From assembly GCA_029780855.1 (NCBI GenBank), contig JAKOXV010000018.1, positions 1 through 52,103 on the forward strand: a stretch of DNA of 52,103 nucleotides, in the 5' to 3' direction. Positions 19,051 through 28,715 of this stretch are shown piece by piece (the stretch's first letter is position 1; each line of letters opens with the position of its first letter). The notes beneath the pieces are model-generated. The model was not told the DNA's origin. It made no database searches and worked only from the letters and a program-made list of their open reading frames with translations. The DNA comes from a bacterium (GTDB lineage: Bacteria; Patescibacteriota; Saccharimonadia; Saccharimonadales; JAUPVS01). Both the position numbers and the translations under genes were made by a program.

Positions 19051-20238
19051 ATGAGTAGTATGACGCATATTAGAAGTAGGGTGAGTAGGTTCCTTGCAAC
19101 GAGCGCAACACTTATGGCAGTCACAACGCTTAGTGCAAGCAGTATGGCGACCGCTGCAACCATAAGTAATACGGGGCCAGACTCCACAAACATTATCTCT
19201 ACCACCAATACACAAAAATTCAACGTAACGAACAATAACAACATTCAAACTAACAACTCAACCACCCAAACCGCCGTCTCTGGGGATGCGGTGGTGGGAT
19301 GCGGATACCTAGGGAATGGCGATTGGGATAGCTGGAATCCGACTAACTGGCAAGATCACGATCGCAGCTTTAGTAACTGGTGGAGCGGTATGACGAACCA
19401 GGTCAATCATTATGCCAAGAACGCCCACGATTGGAGTGGTTCGAACACTAGTTGGATGCCAGGAGATGGAAATGCTTGGCAAGAATCTTGGTCTAACTGG
19501 AACCCAGACAATTGGATGAACCACGGACAGACGTATGCAAATTGGAATCATGAATTTATGGGACATATGCATGCCAATTTCATGAACTACATGAAAGACT
19601 GGAGAGGAATAGGTGGTGCCTGTGGTAACACCCTTGCTGGTAGCGCAGTATCAGGAAATGCCTGGAACAGTGCCAACACAAGTACAACCGTAACGATTTC
19701 TAATGGAAACACAAATGGCTGGACGAGTGGTGGACATGGCGGCGGATCAATTAATACCACCGGTCCTGGGTCGTACAACGCAATACATACCGGCACGCAG
19801 TCACACGCTAATTCAAGCAACTACAATACGGCAGGTACTAACAACTACTCGGGTCAAGGTTCCTATAGCGGATCTGCTGGAGGCTCATACAATACAGCAA
19901 TGGGAGGAAGTGGAAGTGGCTATGCTGGAAACGGCGCTGGTACTTCCACAAATGTAGCTACATCAAATAATGGCGGTCAGGGAGGTGGAAGCACCTACCC
20001 AACCAGTTCGGCCAGCATTAGCACCACTGGTCCAGGATCGTACAATAAAGTAAGTTACTCAAATTACTCATCAACTAACGTTACGAACAGCAATACAGTA
20101 GTAACCAATAACACTACAAATCAATATGCAGGCAGTGGTAACGCCTACGTAAGTGGTAACACTTCGGCTGGTTCTGCGGCGACCGGATTGGCTAGCAATT
20201 CAGCCGGCATCAGTACTACAGTAAGCGTCAGCAACTAA
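19051..20238 (+). CDS. secreted Asn/Ser/Thr/Gly-rich repeat protein with a Trp/Asn/His-rich insert
   Basis: GGGAGGG RBS before the ATG at 19051 and a signal-like N-terminus ending ASSMATA. There are three I-x-(N/T)-TGP(D/G)S-x-N modules. A roughly 110-aa Trp-rich insert is bracketed by two Cys residues. Confidence 0.7.
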   Translation: MSSMTHIRSRVSRFLATSATLMAVTTLSASSMATAATISNTGPDSTNIISTTNTQKFNVTNNNNIQTNNSTTQTAVSGDAVVGCGYLGNGDWDSWNPTNWQDHDRSFSNWWSGMTNQVNHYAKNAHDWSGSNTSWMPGDGNAWQESWSNWNPDNWMNHGQTYANWNHEFMGHMHANFMNYMKDWRGIGGACGNTLAGSAVSGNAWNSANTSTTVTISNGNTNGWTSGGHGGGSINTTGPGSYNAIHTGTQSHANSSNYNTAGTNNYSGQGSYSGSAGGSYNTAMGGSGSGYAGNGAGTSTNVATSNNGGQGGGSTYPTSSASISTTGPGSYNKVSYSNYSSTNVTNSNTVVTNNTTNQYAGSGNAYVSGNTSAGSAATGLASNSAGISTTVSVSN

Positions 20239-20252
20239 CAGTTCAGTACTTC

Positions 20253-20290
20253 AAAAAAGAGAAGCTCGTTTGCATGAGCTTCTCTTTTAT
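20253..20290. terminator. bidirectional rho-independent terminator
   Basis: AGAGAAGCTC gtttgcat GAGCTTCTCT forms a perfect 10-bp stem, with an A-run upstream and a T-run downstream. Confidence 0.75.
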
Positions 20291-20299
20291 TATTACTAT

Positions 20300-20908
20300 T
20301 CAGGACTGTATGCGACTTAGTTGCCGGTTAAATGCCCGAAGATGATTTTCTGATCCTTGTCGTAGTGCTTCCAAAACCGCGATTTCACTTGGATCATCCG
20401 TTATTCCAAGATCGGATGTAAGATCTGCGATATCAGTTTCTTCTATTGTTACCCCCACCCTATATGCTTCCTCTATGCTTCGCATGCCCTGTGCGATAAG
20501 TTGATCATAGAGCTTCTGTAAGTTCTGATCCGCAAATACCCCGATTTCGTTAGATCGCGGATCTGCAATGTTTTTGCTTTGTAGAAGCGCTAAAACGCGT
20601 GATTCATGACTTGATTCACTATCAATTATGTTTCCGAACACGGCGGAGCCCCACCTTTCATAGAGTTTCGTATAAACATCATGCGCCAACTTCTCTTCTT
20701 CGATTAAATATGTCAGACGAGCCGCTTGGGAACTAGTGGGAGTCTGGACTAACGTTGACTGGTCCGACTGCGAATTTACTTGCTCAATTGCCGGATTTTT
20801 GTCAGCATTCGGCCCCGAGTCGGCGTCTCGTAGGTACGAAACCACCCCCAATCCGACTAATACCATTGCAGTCACAACTATGCCGGGTACAAGTATTTTT
20901 CGTCTCAT
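20300..20908 (-). CDS. DUF2202 ferritin-like domain protein, membrane-anchored or secreted
   Basis: LTYLIEEEKLAHDVYTKLYERWGSAVFGNIIDSESSHESRVLALL is the DUF2202 ferritin-like pattern. I trimmed the start to MRRKILVPG (20908), preceded by GAGGAGGG. There is one N-terminal TM helix. Confidence 0.7.
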   Translation of the reverse strand: MRRKILVPGIVVTAMVLVGLGVVSYLRDADSGPNADKNPAIEQVNSQSDQSTLVQTPTSSQAARLTYLIEEEKLAHDVYTKLYERWGSAVFGNIIDSESSHESRVLALLQSKNIADPRSNEIGVFADQNLQKLYDQLIAQGMRSIEEAYRVGVTIEETDIADLTSDLGITDDPSEIAVLEALRQGSENHLRAFNRQLSRIQS

Positions 20909-20927
20909 AATAGCCCTCCTCTGACTA

Positions 20928-21179
20928 TTAAATAGCCAACACCTCTTGGAGTTTAGGTACGTTGAAACCAAGTATCTTTGCCATATCCCCATCCTCGCTT
21001 TCAACTGTGGTAAAGGGAACGCCCATTTGGCCGCTTAAATGAACCATAGCCTCAGCCGCTATCGGGTTTTGGTCTACCATATACTGTGTATAAGGTATGT
21101 TCTTCTCATCCAGCCAGCGCACCAACATATGGCAATACGGGCAAGTTCTCGTACTATAGACGGTTACTTTCTTACTCAT
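20928..21179 (-). CDS. glutaredoxin-like protein (NrdH/Grx fold)
   Basis: VTVYSTRTCPYCHMLVRWLDEKNIPY has a CPYC active site. GGAGGTG precedes the ATG at 21179. The start overlaps the upstream Fur-family stop by 8 nt. Confidence 0.8.
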   Translation of the reverse strand: MSKKVTVYSTRTCPYCHMLVRWLDEKNIPYTQYMVDQNPIAAEAMVHLSGQMGVPFTTVESEDGDMAKILGFNVPKLQEVLAI

Positions 21180-21591
21180 TATGTTCACCTCCAGTGTGCA
21201 GTACGCACTTATTACAATTCCCACTTATCACCAATCTTCCAGAGATCTCACACCCCTCCAGATACGGCAGAATTTTAGGGATAAGATCATCGGCAATATC
21301 GATATCCTTAAGCCTGCCACACAAATCACAGACAAAGTGATCATGGGGCCGAGTATTTGCATCATACCGGACCGCGCCATTGGGAAGATTTGGCGCAATA
21401 CCAATTTCGCCGCGTTCACTAAGTCTAGCAGTTATACGATGGACCGTAGTGGCACTCAGTTCGGGATATGTCTCTTGTAGTTTTTTTAGGAGTAGCGCAT
21501 TGCTTGCATGACCGTTTGCAGCGAGCGTCTTTTTTACTTCAGTGACGTATTTGGTAGTTCTTGTGTCGTTCATGATACTATTGTAAATCAT
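21172..21591 (-). CDS. Fur family transcriptional regulator (PerR-like by context)
   Basis: Winged-helix N-terminus, HDHFVCDLCG ... GNCNKC (two CxxC pairs). It is the first gene of a three-gene minus-strand operon. The start could be 21591 or 21573. Confidence 0.75.
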   Translation of the reverse strand: MIYNSIMNDTRTTKYVTEVKKTLAANGHASNALLLKKLQETYPELSATTVHRITARLSERGEIGIAPNLPNGAVRYDANTRPHDHFVCDLCGRLKDIDIADDLIPKILPYLEGCEISGRLVISGNCNKCVLHTGGEHNE

Positions 21592-21625
21592 TTACATTAG
21601 TAATACAAGTCGTCACTTTATCAAA

Positions 21626-21683
21626 TGAAAAACGCCCTGGGGATCTTGGCTGCACATGCAGCAAAACAAGATTCCCCAGGGCG
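21626..21683 (-). terminator. long-stem rho-independent terminator
   Basis: CGCCCTGGGGATCTTG (21633..21648) pairs with CAAGATTCCCCAGGGCG (21667..21683) with one bulge. On the minus strand it is followed by TTTTT. Confidence 0.7.
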
Positions 21684-21792
21684 GGCGTGACATGAACCAA
21701 AATTCAGTTCTAGCGGCTTGTCACCAACCCAGTCTTGCACCGTTTGGTACACACTGAAACATCAACCAACGGTAGATGGTCGCCAAATCGTC

Positions 21793-22074
21793 TCACGTTG
21801 CTGGGTTGTCAGCCCTGCAAGAATGAGACTTGAGCACAACGAGGCGCTCATACTGCATACGAATTTCTAGCTTTAGCCTCGCGTAGACGAGTACACCGCC
21901 ACCGAGTACCCACGCCAGCAGCAGGTAGCCTACCGGTGCCATTTCTGCGCCGAGCACGCAGAAGAGTGCACTGAACATGAACGCCACATCAATCCCAACA
22001 AGGATCGAAGTACCAAACAGGATCCGGCGTACCTTGCTGAGCTCTGCACAGATACCGCAATTTTCAGTCGCCAT
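21793..22074 (-). CDS. small membrane protein, unknown function
   Basis: GGTGAGG precedes the ATG at 22074 (MATENCGICAEL...). It has two TM helices. The segment looks more G+C-rich by eye than its surroundings. Confidence 0.4.
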   Translation of the reverse strand: MATENCGICAELSKVRRILFGTSILVGIDVAFMFSALFCVLGAEMAPVGYLLLAWVLGGGVLVYARLKLEIRMQYERLVVLKSHSCRADNPAT

Positions 22075-22235
22075 CCTATACCTCACCATCGGTCAATGAA
22101 CGCAAACATCAGGGGGACGTAAGCAACCCGTTGTGTGAGATTATCACACCTCTTCCCTAAAGGATTGAAAGTTATTATACAATAATATACCAGTCGTTTC
22201 TATAGGCTGGATTCTAGTCAAACCGTTCGTTAGCG

Positions 22236-22439
22236 TTATAAATTGAGGAGTTTTAGTACTGCATGCAGGACATATGCGGGCCAAACAGCAGACTTTAAAA
22301 TCGCCAAAAGGAATCCGCCGAATCCTACCGAGTTTTGTACAAAGTAAACGAGCGCTCCGACCCAAGCGGTAAAGAATATCCAGCCTGTTGGTCCTCGCTC
22401 CACAACCTTAACTTTTACGTTTGATGGATTGTTCGCCAT
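22236..22439 (-). CDS. small two-TM membrane protein, unknown function
   Basis: 67 aa. AAGGAGGGTG precedes the ATG. Sequence runs MANNPSNVKVKVVERGPTGWIFFTAWVGALVYF... Confidence 0.5.
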   Translation of the reverse strand: MANNPSNVKVKVVERGPTGWIFFTAWVGALVYFVQNSVGFGGFLLAILKSAVWPAYVLHAVLKLLNL

Positions 22440-22514
22440 GGTGTCACCCTCCTTAATCTATGTACATTATCCCCCTTAATGCAATAGCGGAGCAACTGTT
22501 TTTACAATACTCGT

Positions 22515-23018
22515 CTATTTTTCGTAGGGACAATCTTTGGTAATTGTTTTAGATTGCACGTTTTGTGAGTCTTGGACTAACGCGTGCGTTTGCCAGTATT
22601 CCCTACTATCACTCGTTGCTCTTTCCTCTCCTGGGAAAGGAGGAGCATTTGGACCAATCCATGCATCCGTTACCTCATAGTTATGATCGTTGTCTCTTTT
22701 TAGCTTAACCGTAAGTTGGCGGGAAGGGATTGGGTGTCGATTTTTAGCAACGCGTAAAAAGTAATCTTTCCTTTGTGGTTTAGCATAAAAAATTGTATCC
22801 TCTGCGGTTGTAGTTACGATATCGGTATTACCGATCAGCCTTCCCGTATCGTGTTCTATACTAACTACTTCACCGTTAAGTTTGGCGCCAACTATCATCT
22901 CTTCAATGATACGAAGAATATGAGGGTTGCGTCCCAGGTGCACGCCTACGGTTGGCGAAGTCAGATTTACATACACTTCCTGACCTTTCGATGAAGTCGT
23001 GATTATGTGTTTACCCAT
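22515..23018 (-). CDS. hypothetical cytoplasmic protein
   Basis: 167 aa. GAAGGAA precedes the ATG. I recognised no family. A conserved-looking C-terminal YWQTHAL motif is present. Confidence 0.55.
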   Translation of the reverse strand: MGKHIITTSSKGQEVYVNLTSPTVGVHLGRNPHILRIIEEMIVGAKLNGEVVSIEHDTGRLIGNTDIVTTTAEDTIFYAKPQRKDYFLRVAKNRHPIPSRQLTVKLKRDNDHNYEVTDAWIGPNAPPFPGEERATSDSREYWQTHALVQDSQNVQSKTITKDCPYEK

Positions 23019-23051
23019 AGAAGTGTATTCCTTCTGCCGTAAGCCGGCCGT

Positions 23052-24263
23052 TTAGTGTGTTACGAATGTAACCGCATAACCCACGTTACCTGCACGTCCT
23101 GCGCGACCAATCCGGTGCGTATAGTCGTCGTACGTCTGCGGTACGTCAAAGTTGACGACGTGCGTTATACCATCAACATCAATACCTCGAGCCGCAACAT
23201 CTGTTGCAACCAGAATAGTAACTTCACCATCTCGGAATTTTTTGAGCGCTCGTTGGCGCTGAGCCTGGGTCTTGTTACCGTGCATTGCATCGGCCTTGAA
23301 TCCACGCGTAGCGAGTTCTTTGCTTAATCGCTCAACCGTACGTTTGGTTTCACCAAACACCAATGCTTTTTCAACTCGACCATCGATTAGCACATCGTGC
23401 AGCTTGTCTAGCTTTTCTGAATTTTCAAAATAGTGCACTACTGACTGCTCAACGTTATCGCTCGTTTCGGCAGTCTTGGCCATAATTGTTACGGGGTTAT
23501 GCGTAAAGGTACGGATCAGATTATCGATAGTAGGACTAAGCGTAGCTGAAAAGAACAATGATTGTTTTTGTTCTGGAAGCTGGCCAAGAATTGTCCGAAT
23601 ATCATTAATGAAGCCCATATCAAGCATACGATCTACCTCATCTAGTACGACCGTACCTACGGTATCTAGTCTCAATGTCCCTCGTTCCATATGGTCTTTA
23701 ATTCGGCCGGGCGTGCCAATGATTACTTCTGGTTTGTTACGCAAACCGCGTAGCTGTGGACCGATTGGGACTCCGCCGATTAGAAGAACGCTATACAGGT
23801 CGCTACCGCCTGCAAAAAGCCTCGCCTCTTGCTCGATCTGTAAGGCAAGCTCACGCGTTGGCGCCACAATAAGTACCTTCTGTCCTTTTTGGGTCAATAG
23901 CTTATGTAGGACGGGTAGCAGGAAAGCTCCAGTTTTACCGGTTCCGGTGTTAGCAATCCCAATTACATCTTCACCAGCAAGTGCAACATTAATTGCCTGG
24001 TCTTGTATTTGGGTTGGTGTGGTGTATTTACGCTTCAGTAAGTTTTGCTGTAATAGTTCTGCTAGCGCAAAGTCACCGAAGTTATGCTGTGGTACGTATT
24101 CCGTTTGAACTTTTGGTTTAGCAGCCTTAACAAACCGCCGGGGGTCGATTTTTTGAGCCTGTCGGCGTGGTTTATTATTACGTGTCCCACCATGATAGTT
24201 AGATCGCGAACCAAAAGAACTAGACCTACGCGGAGAGCGCGATGTGTACGAATTTCTATACAT
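23052..24263 (-). CDS. DEAD-box ATP-dependent RNA helicase
   Basis: Q motif (FGDF...TPTQIQ), AxTGTGKT, DEVD (a DEAD variant), SAT, and HRIGRAGRAG. It has an Arg/Ser-rich basic N-terminal extension. Confidence 0.9.
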   Translation of the reverse strand: MYRNSYTSRSPRRSSSFGSRSNYHGGTRNNKPRRQAQKIDPRRFVKAAKPKVQTEYVPQHNFGDFALAELLQQNLLKRKYTTPTQIQDQAINVALAGEDVIGIANTGTGKTGAFLLPVLHKLLTQKGQKVLIVAPTRELALQIEQEARLFAGGSDLYSVLLIGGVPIGPQLRGLRNKPEVIIGTPGRIKDHMERGTLRLDTVGTVVLDEVDRMLDMGFINDIRTILGQLPEQKQSLFFSATLSPTIDNLIRTFTHNPVTIMAKTAETSDNVEQSVVHYFENSEKLDKLHDVLIDGRVEKALVFGETKRTVERLSKELATRGFKADAMHGNKTQAQRQRALKKFRDGEVTILVATDVAARGIDVDGITHVVNFDVPQTYDDYTHRIGRAGRAGNVGYAVTFVTH

Positions 24264-24491
24264 TAAAAAAATCCTTCGTTATTAGTTTGTACTCTTGCTT
24301 GCTCTTTTATGAAGCCTAAGTACTTGTTGCTAACAACTCGGATCCAAGAAAAAACAATTCAAAAACAATTATAGCATAAAAATTATCGAATAACCAGTAC
24401 TTCGTCGATTTCATAGAATATACCAGTAGTAAATTAGTTATTCTTATGTTATAATGAACATAGAAAGGGCGCGAATATCGCGCTTCATTTT

Positions 24492-26318
24492 ATGTCAAAC
24501 ATACAGGACCCGGCCAAAATCCGGAATATTGCCATCATTGCTCACGTTGACCACGGTAAAACTACCTTGGTTGATGGCCTATTGAAACAATCGCAGACGT
24601 TTAGAGATAATCAAGCAGAAATGAGCCAGGAGCTCATCATGGATAGTGGTGACCAAGAGAAAGAACGCGGCATAACCATTACAGCCAAAGTCACTGCTGT
24701 TCAGCATGGAGATTATCGTATCAACATCATCGATACTCCCGGTCACGCTGATTTTAGCGGCGAAGTTGAACGAACACTTAATCTAGCCGACGGCTGCCTT
24801 CTGATTGTTGACGCCCAAGAAGGTCCCATGCCACAGACAAAGTTTGTACTAGGGAAAGCACTCGCTGCTGAGCTAAAACCGATCGTCATCATAAATAAGA
24901 TTGATAAAACCGGCAGCCGCATACAAGAAGTAGAAGATGAGTTGGCAGATTTATTCCTTGAGCTCGCTGTCCATGAGGACCAGCTGCACTATCCGGTATA
25001 CTATGCGATCGGTCGAGCCGGAAAATCCTGGGCAACCCCACCAAGCGATACGGAATCAGAAGCCGATTTAGAGCCTATCTTTGATGCAATCATCAAAGAT
25101 ATACCAGCACCAAAAGTAGAAAAAGATAAACCGTTTCAAATGCTCGTTACTTCATTAGCATATGACACCTTCAAGGGTAAGTATGCGATAGGTCGTATTA
25201 CGAGGGGTAGCGTACGAGCCGGTAGTACCGTTGCGCTATGCAAAAAAGACGGCAGCGTAGCTAAAACAAAAATTGATAACGTTTTTATGAGCCACGGCGT
25301 TAGTAAGTTCGAAGTACCTGAGGGGATTGCCGGAGATATTGTCCAGTTAACCGGTGTAAGTGAAGCCCAAATTGGGGAAACTATCGCTGATGCTGAACAT
25401 CCAGAAGCCCTCCCCACTATAGAGGTTGAAGCACCGACCCTACGTATATACCTCGGTCCTAACACCAGTCCGTTCAAGGGACAAGAAGGTGAATTTAATA
25501 CTTCAAGACAGATTGCTGAGCGCCTGAATAAAGAGCTTGAAACAAACGTAGGCCTACAGGTAACTGAAGACGGCATCGGGTTTACCGTAGCCGGCCGTGG
25601 AGAACTTCACCTTGGAGTACTTATTGAAACTATGCGTAGAGAAGGGTATGAATTTGAGGTGGGACGTCCACAAGTAGTGACTCAGCAAAAAGATGGTGTA
25701 GAAATGGAGCCCGTTGAAGAAGTTATTATTGAGGTTCCTGCTGAACATGTCGGTACTGTACAAATGGAGCTTGGTCAACGCCGAGCCGAACTGCAAGAAC
25801 AGTTTGCTAGCCCCAAAGGAGTTACCAAACTTGTGTACGAAATGCCAACTAGAGCGTTGCTCGGCATGCGCAATATCTTACTGACCACTACTAAAGGCAC
25901 CATTGTTATGAACAGCTTGGTTACGGGTTACCAGCCCAAAGGTCAGGCACTAAAACAGATCAGAAACGGGGTACTTATTGCCTATGAAACCGGTACCACA
26001 ACGCCATATTCGCTCCAAACCGCCGAAGCTCGTGGCACGATTTTCGTCGGTCCAGCAGTGAAAGTTTACGCTGGGCAGATCATCGGTCTGAACACCCGCC
26101 AAGAAGATATGGAGATCAATGTTTGCAAAGCCAAGCACCTCACCAACATGCGTAGTTCAAGTAGTGATGGTGTTGTGCAGCTAACCCCACCAACCGTATT
26201 CAGTCTTGAACAATGTTTGGATTTCATTGAAAACGACGAGTTACTAGAAGTTACACCACAGAACCTCCGGCTCCGCAAAAAAGAGCTCGATCCTGTCAAA
26301 CGCAAACGACAAAAATAA
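24492..26318 (+). CDS. typA: translational GTPase TypA/BipA
   Basis: IRNIAIIAHVDHGKTTLVD, DTPGHADF, NKID, and the TypA-specific C-terminal domain. 608 aa. Confidence 0.95.
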   Translation: MSNIQDPAKIRNIAIIAHVDHGKTTLVDGLLKQSQTFRDNQAEMSQELIMDSGDQEKERGITITAKVTAVQHGDYRINIIDTPGHADFSGEVERTLNLADGCLLIVDAQEGPMPQTKFVLGKALAAELKPIVIINKIDKTGSRIQEVEDELADLFLELAVHEDQLHYPVYYAIGRAGKSWATPPSDTESEADLEPIFDAIIKDIPAPKVEKDKPFQMLVTSLAYDTFKGKYAIGRITRGSVRAGSTVALCKKDGSVAKTKIDNVFMSHGVSKFEVPEGIAGDIVQLTGVSEAQIGETIADAEHPEALPTIEVEAPTLRIYLGPNTSPFKGQEGEFNTSRQIAERLNKELETNVGLQVTEDGIGFTVAGRGELHLGVLIETMRREGYEFEVGRPQVVTQQKDGVEMEPVEEVIIEVPAEHVGTVQMELGQRRAELQEQFASPKGVTKLVYEMPTRALLGMRNILLTTTKGTIVMNSLVTGYQPKGQALKQIRNGVLIAYETGTTTPYSLQTAEARGTIFVGPAVKVYAGQIIGLNTRQEDMEINVCKAKHLTNMRSSSSDGVVQLTPPTVFSLEQCLDFIENDELLEVTPQNLRLRKKELDPVKRKRQK

Positions 26319-26327
26319 GAACCTATA

Positions 26328-28712
26328 CTAGGACGTAGAGGGCCACTTCCAGTCCCGGATTTCTGGCATATCAACCCCATGCTCATTTATATATTCACGG
26401 TGGCGAACAAGCTGTTTCTCCATTTCTTGTTTTAGGTATACGCCCTTGCTGCCCAGTTTATCCGATAGCCGATCAACGACATCAATAACCAAATCAAACC
26501 TATCCAGGTCATTTAGCACAGTCATGTCAAACGCTGTCGTTATGGTTCCCTCTTCTTTGTATCCCCTCACATGTAGATTTCTGTTTGCTCGTCGATATGT
26601 AAAGCGGTGAATCAGCCACGGATAGCCATGAAAGGCAAAAATTATATGCTTGTCTTTGGTAAAAATTGAATCGTAATCCACGTCACTCAAACCATGTGGA
26701 CTCTCTGACTCTGGCTGTAACTTCATTAGATCAACTACATTCACAACCCGAACTTTTAACTCTGGCACGTGTTCCCGCAAAATCGACACAGCCGCCAATG
26801 TCTCCATAGTTGGCACGTCACCTGCACACGCCATAACGACATCTGGCTCCCCTTCCTGATCATTACTAGCCCACTGCCATATTCCTATTCCTTTTGTACA
26901 GTGCGCAATAGCATCAGGCATATTCAGGAATTGTGGCGCTTCATCGTGTTTCCCGCTAATTACTAGGTTGACGTAATTTCTACTTCTCAAGCAGTGATCC
27001 ATCACCGATAGCAAGCAGTTGGCATCAGGCGGTAAGTAGACGCGGATCGTCTTACCTTTTTTGTTTACGATATGATCAATAAATCCAGGGTCCTGATGTG
27101 TAAACCCATTATGATCCTGACGCCAAACATGAGAGGTCAATAAATAATTAAGTGAAGCAATGTCGCTTCTCCATGGCAATTCTGATGACATTTTAAGCCA
27201 CTTAGCGTGCTGGGTGAGCATGGAGTCGACAATCCTGATAAACGCTTCATAGCTGTGGAAGAGTCCGTGGCGCCCGGTCAGTAAGTAACCTTCTAGCCAA
27301 CCTTCAGATTGATGTTCACTAAGCATTGAATCCATAACGCGACCGTCCGGCGCTAAGTATTCGTCCGATGCCGTGGCTGACGCATCCCATTGCCGATTCG
27401 TAGCTTCAAACACTGCCCCCAGACGGTTAGACATAGTTTCATCGGGGCTAAAGATGCGGAAATTACGTTGCTGCTGATTAAGCTGTATTACATCCCTAAG
27501 AAAAGGCGCCAAAGTTTTCATGCAGCTTTTGTGGACTACTGACGGTTGAGGAACATCAATGGCATACTCACGAAAATCAGGCATATCTAAGGATCGTAGC
27601 AACCTACCGCCATTAGTATGCGGGTTTGAACCCATCCGCCTATCCCCCTTGGGCGCAAGCACACTAAGTTCTGGACGCAACCGACCATTTTCATTAAAAA
27701 GCTCTTCCGGCTTGTAGCTCCGTAACCAGGCCTCCAACTGTTGTAACTGCGTTGAATTATCATCATCCCCAATAGCAATCGGTACTTGGTGTGACCGGAA
27801 ACTACCTTCATTTGGCTTACCATCCACCGTCTTCGGGCCAGTCCAGCCTTTTGGCGAGCGAAACACGATCATTGGCCATTTTGGTCTGCTTACATTTCCC
27901 GCAGCCGCGCGTTTTTTGATCCGGCGAATATCTTCCACCACTTTGTCTAGTGTTGCAGCCATTTGTTTGTGCATAGTCTGGGGGTTACTGCCCTCAACAA
28001 AGTACGGTTTCCATCCATATCCATCAAATAGATTTTTTAACTCATCATGATGTATCCTAGCGAGTACGGTGGGGTTTGATATCTTGTATCCATTCAGGTG
28101 TAGTATTGGCAGTACCACTCCGTCAGTCTGGGGATTAAGAAACTTGTTGGAGTGCCAGGCAGTTGCCAGTGGTCCGGTTTCTGCTTCACCATCTCCCACC
28201 ACACAAGCAGCGATGAGGTCAGGGGTATCAAACACCGCGCCAAACGCATGGCTCAGCGAATAGCCAAGTTCGCCACCTTCGTGTATCGAACCAGGCACTT
28301 GCGGTGATACATGGCTGGATATTCCACCAGGGAATGAGAATTGCTGAAAAAGGCGTCGCATGCCCTCTTCTTCCTGACCAATATTCGGATAAACTTCACT
28401 GTAGGTACCCTCAAGATACACATTGCTTACCAGTGCCGGACCTCCGTGTCCCGGCCCGGATATGTAAAACATGTTTAGGTCGTACTGCTTGATTATGCGG
28501 TTTAGGTGCGCATAGATAAAATTCTGGCCAGGCGTAGTTCCCCAGTGCCCCAACAACATTTGTTTAACATCGCTCCGCTGCAGGGGTCGTTTCAGCAACG
28601 GATTATCGCGCAAGTAGATCTGACCAACTGAAAGATAATTAGCGGCGCGCCAGTAGGCATCGATCTTACTCAGTATCTTTTTATTAGCCGTTCGTTGCAT
28701 AGGGCGTTTCAT
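26328..28712 (-). CDS. xfp: xylulose-5-phosphate/fructose-6-phosphate phosphoketolase
   Basis: 794 aa with [30 protein letters not shown] and GDGEAETGP, the canonical XFP signatures. Confidence 0.95.
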   Translation of the reverse strand: MKRPMQRTANKKILSKIDAYWRAANYLSVGQIYLRDNPLLKRPLQRSDVKQMLLGHWGTTPGQNFIYAHLNRIIKQYDLNMFYISGPGHGGPALVSNVYLEGTYSEVYPNIGQEEEGMRRLFQQFSFPGGISSHVSPQVPGSIHEGGELGYSLSHAFGAVFDTPDLIAACVVGDGEAETGPLATAWHSNKFLNPQTDGVVLPILHLNGYKISNPTVLARIHHDELKNLFDGYGWKPYFVEGSNPQTMHKQMAATLDKVVEDIRRIKKRAAAGNVSRPKWPMIVFRSPKGWTGPKTVDGKPNEGSFRSHQVPIAIGDDDNSTQLQQLEAWLRSYKPEELFNENGRLRPELSVLAPKGDRRMGSNPHTNGGRLLRSLDMPDFREYAIDVPQPSVVHKSCMKTLAPFLRDVIQLNQQQRNFRIFSPDETMSNRLGAVFEATNRQWDASATASDEYLAPDGRVMDSMLSEHQSEGWLEGYLLTGRHGLFHSYEAFIRIVDSMLTQHAKWLKMSSELPWRSDIASLNYLLTSHVWRQDHNGFTHQDPGFIDHIVNKKGKTIRVYLPPDANCLLSVMDHCLRSRNYVNLVISGKHDEAPQFLNMPDAIAHCTKGIGIWQWASNDQEGEPDVVMACAGDVPTMETLAAVSILREHVPELKVRVVNVVDLMKLQPESESPHGLSDVDYDSIFTKDKHIIFAFHGYPWLIHRFTYRRANRNLHVRGYKEEGTITTAFDMTVLNDLDRFDLVIDVVDRLSDKLGSKGVYLKQEMEKQLVRHREYINEHGVDMPEIRDWKWPSTS

Positions 28713-28715
28713 AGG

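Noticed and set aside
21684-21795. Possible read-through of the TGA stop of the 21793..22074 ORF, which would add about 28 codons and hint at an alternative genetic code.
   Set aside because: All conserved genes in the window are intact under the standard code with no internal TGA. The ClC-like gene also ends in TGA at a sensible position. The extension has no recognisable features.
24455-24491. Short hairpin GCGCGA-ata-TCGCGC in the typA 5' leader, considered as a possible riboswitch or attenuator.
   Set aside because: It is only a 6-bp stem with a 3-nt loop and has no conserved riboswitch motif or alternative pairing. It is most simply a small leader structure downstream of the TGtTATAAT promoter.
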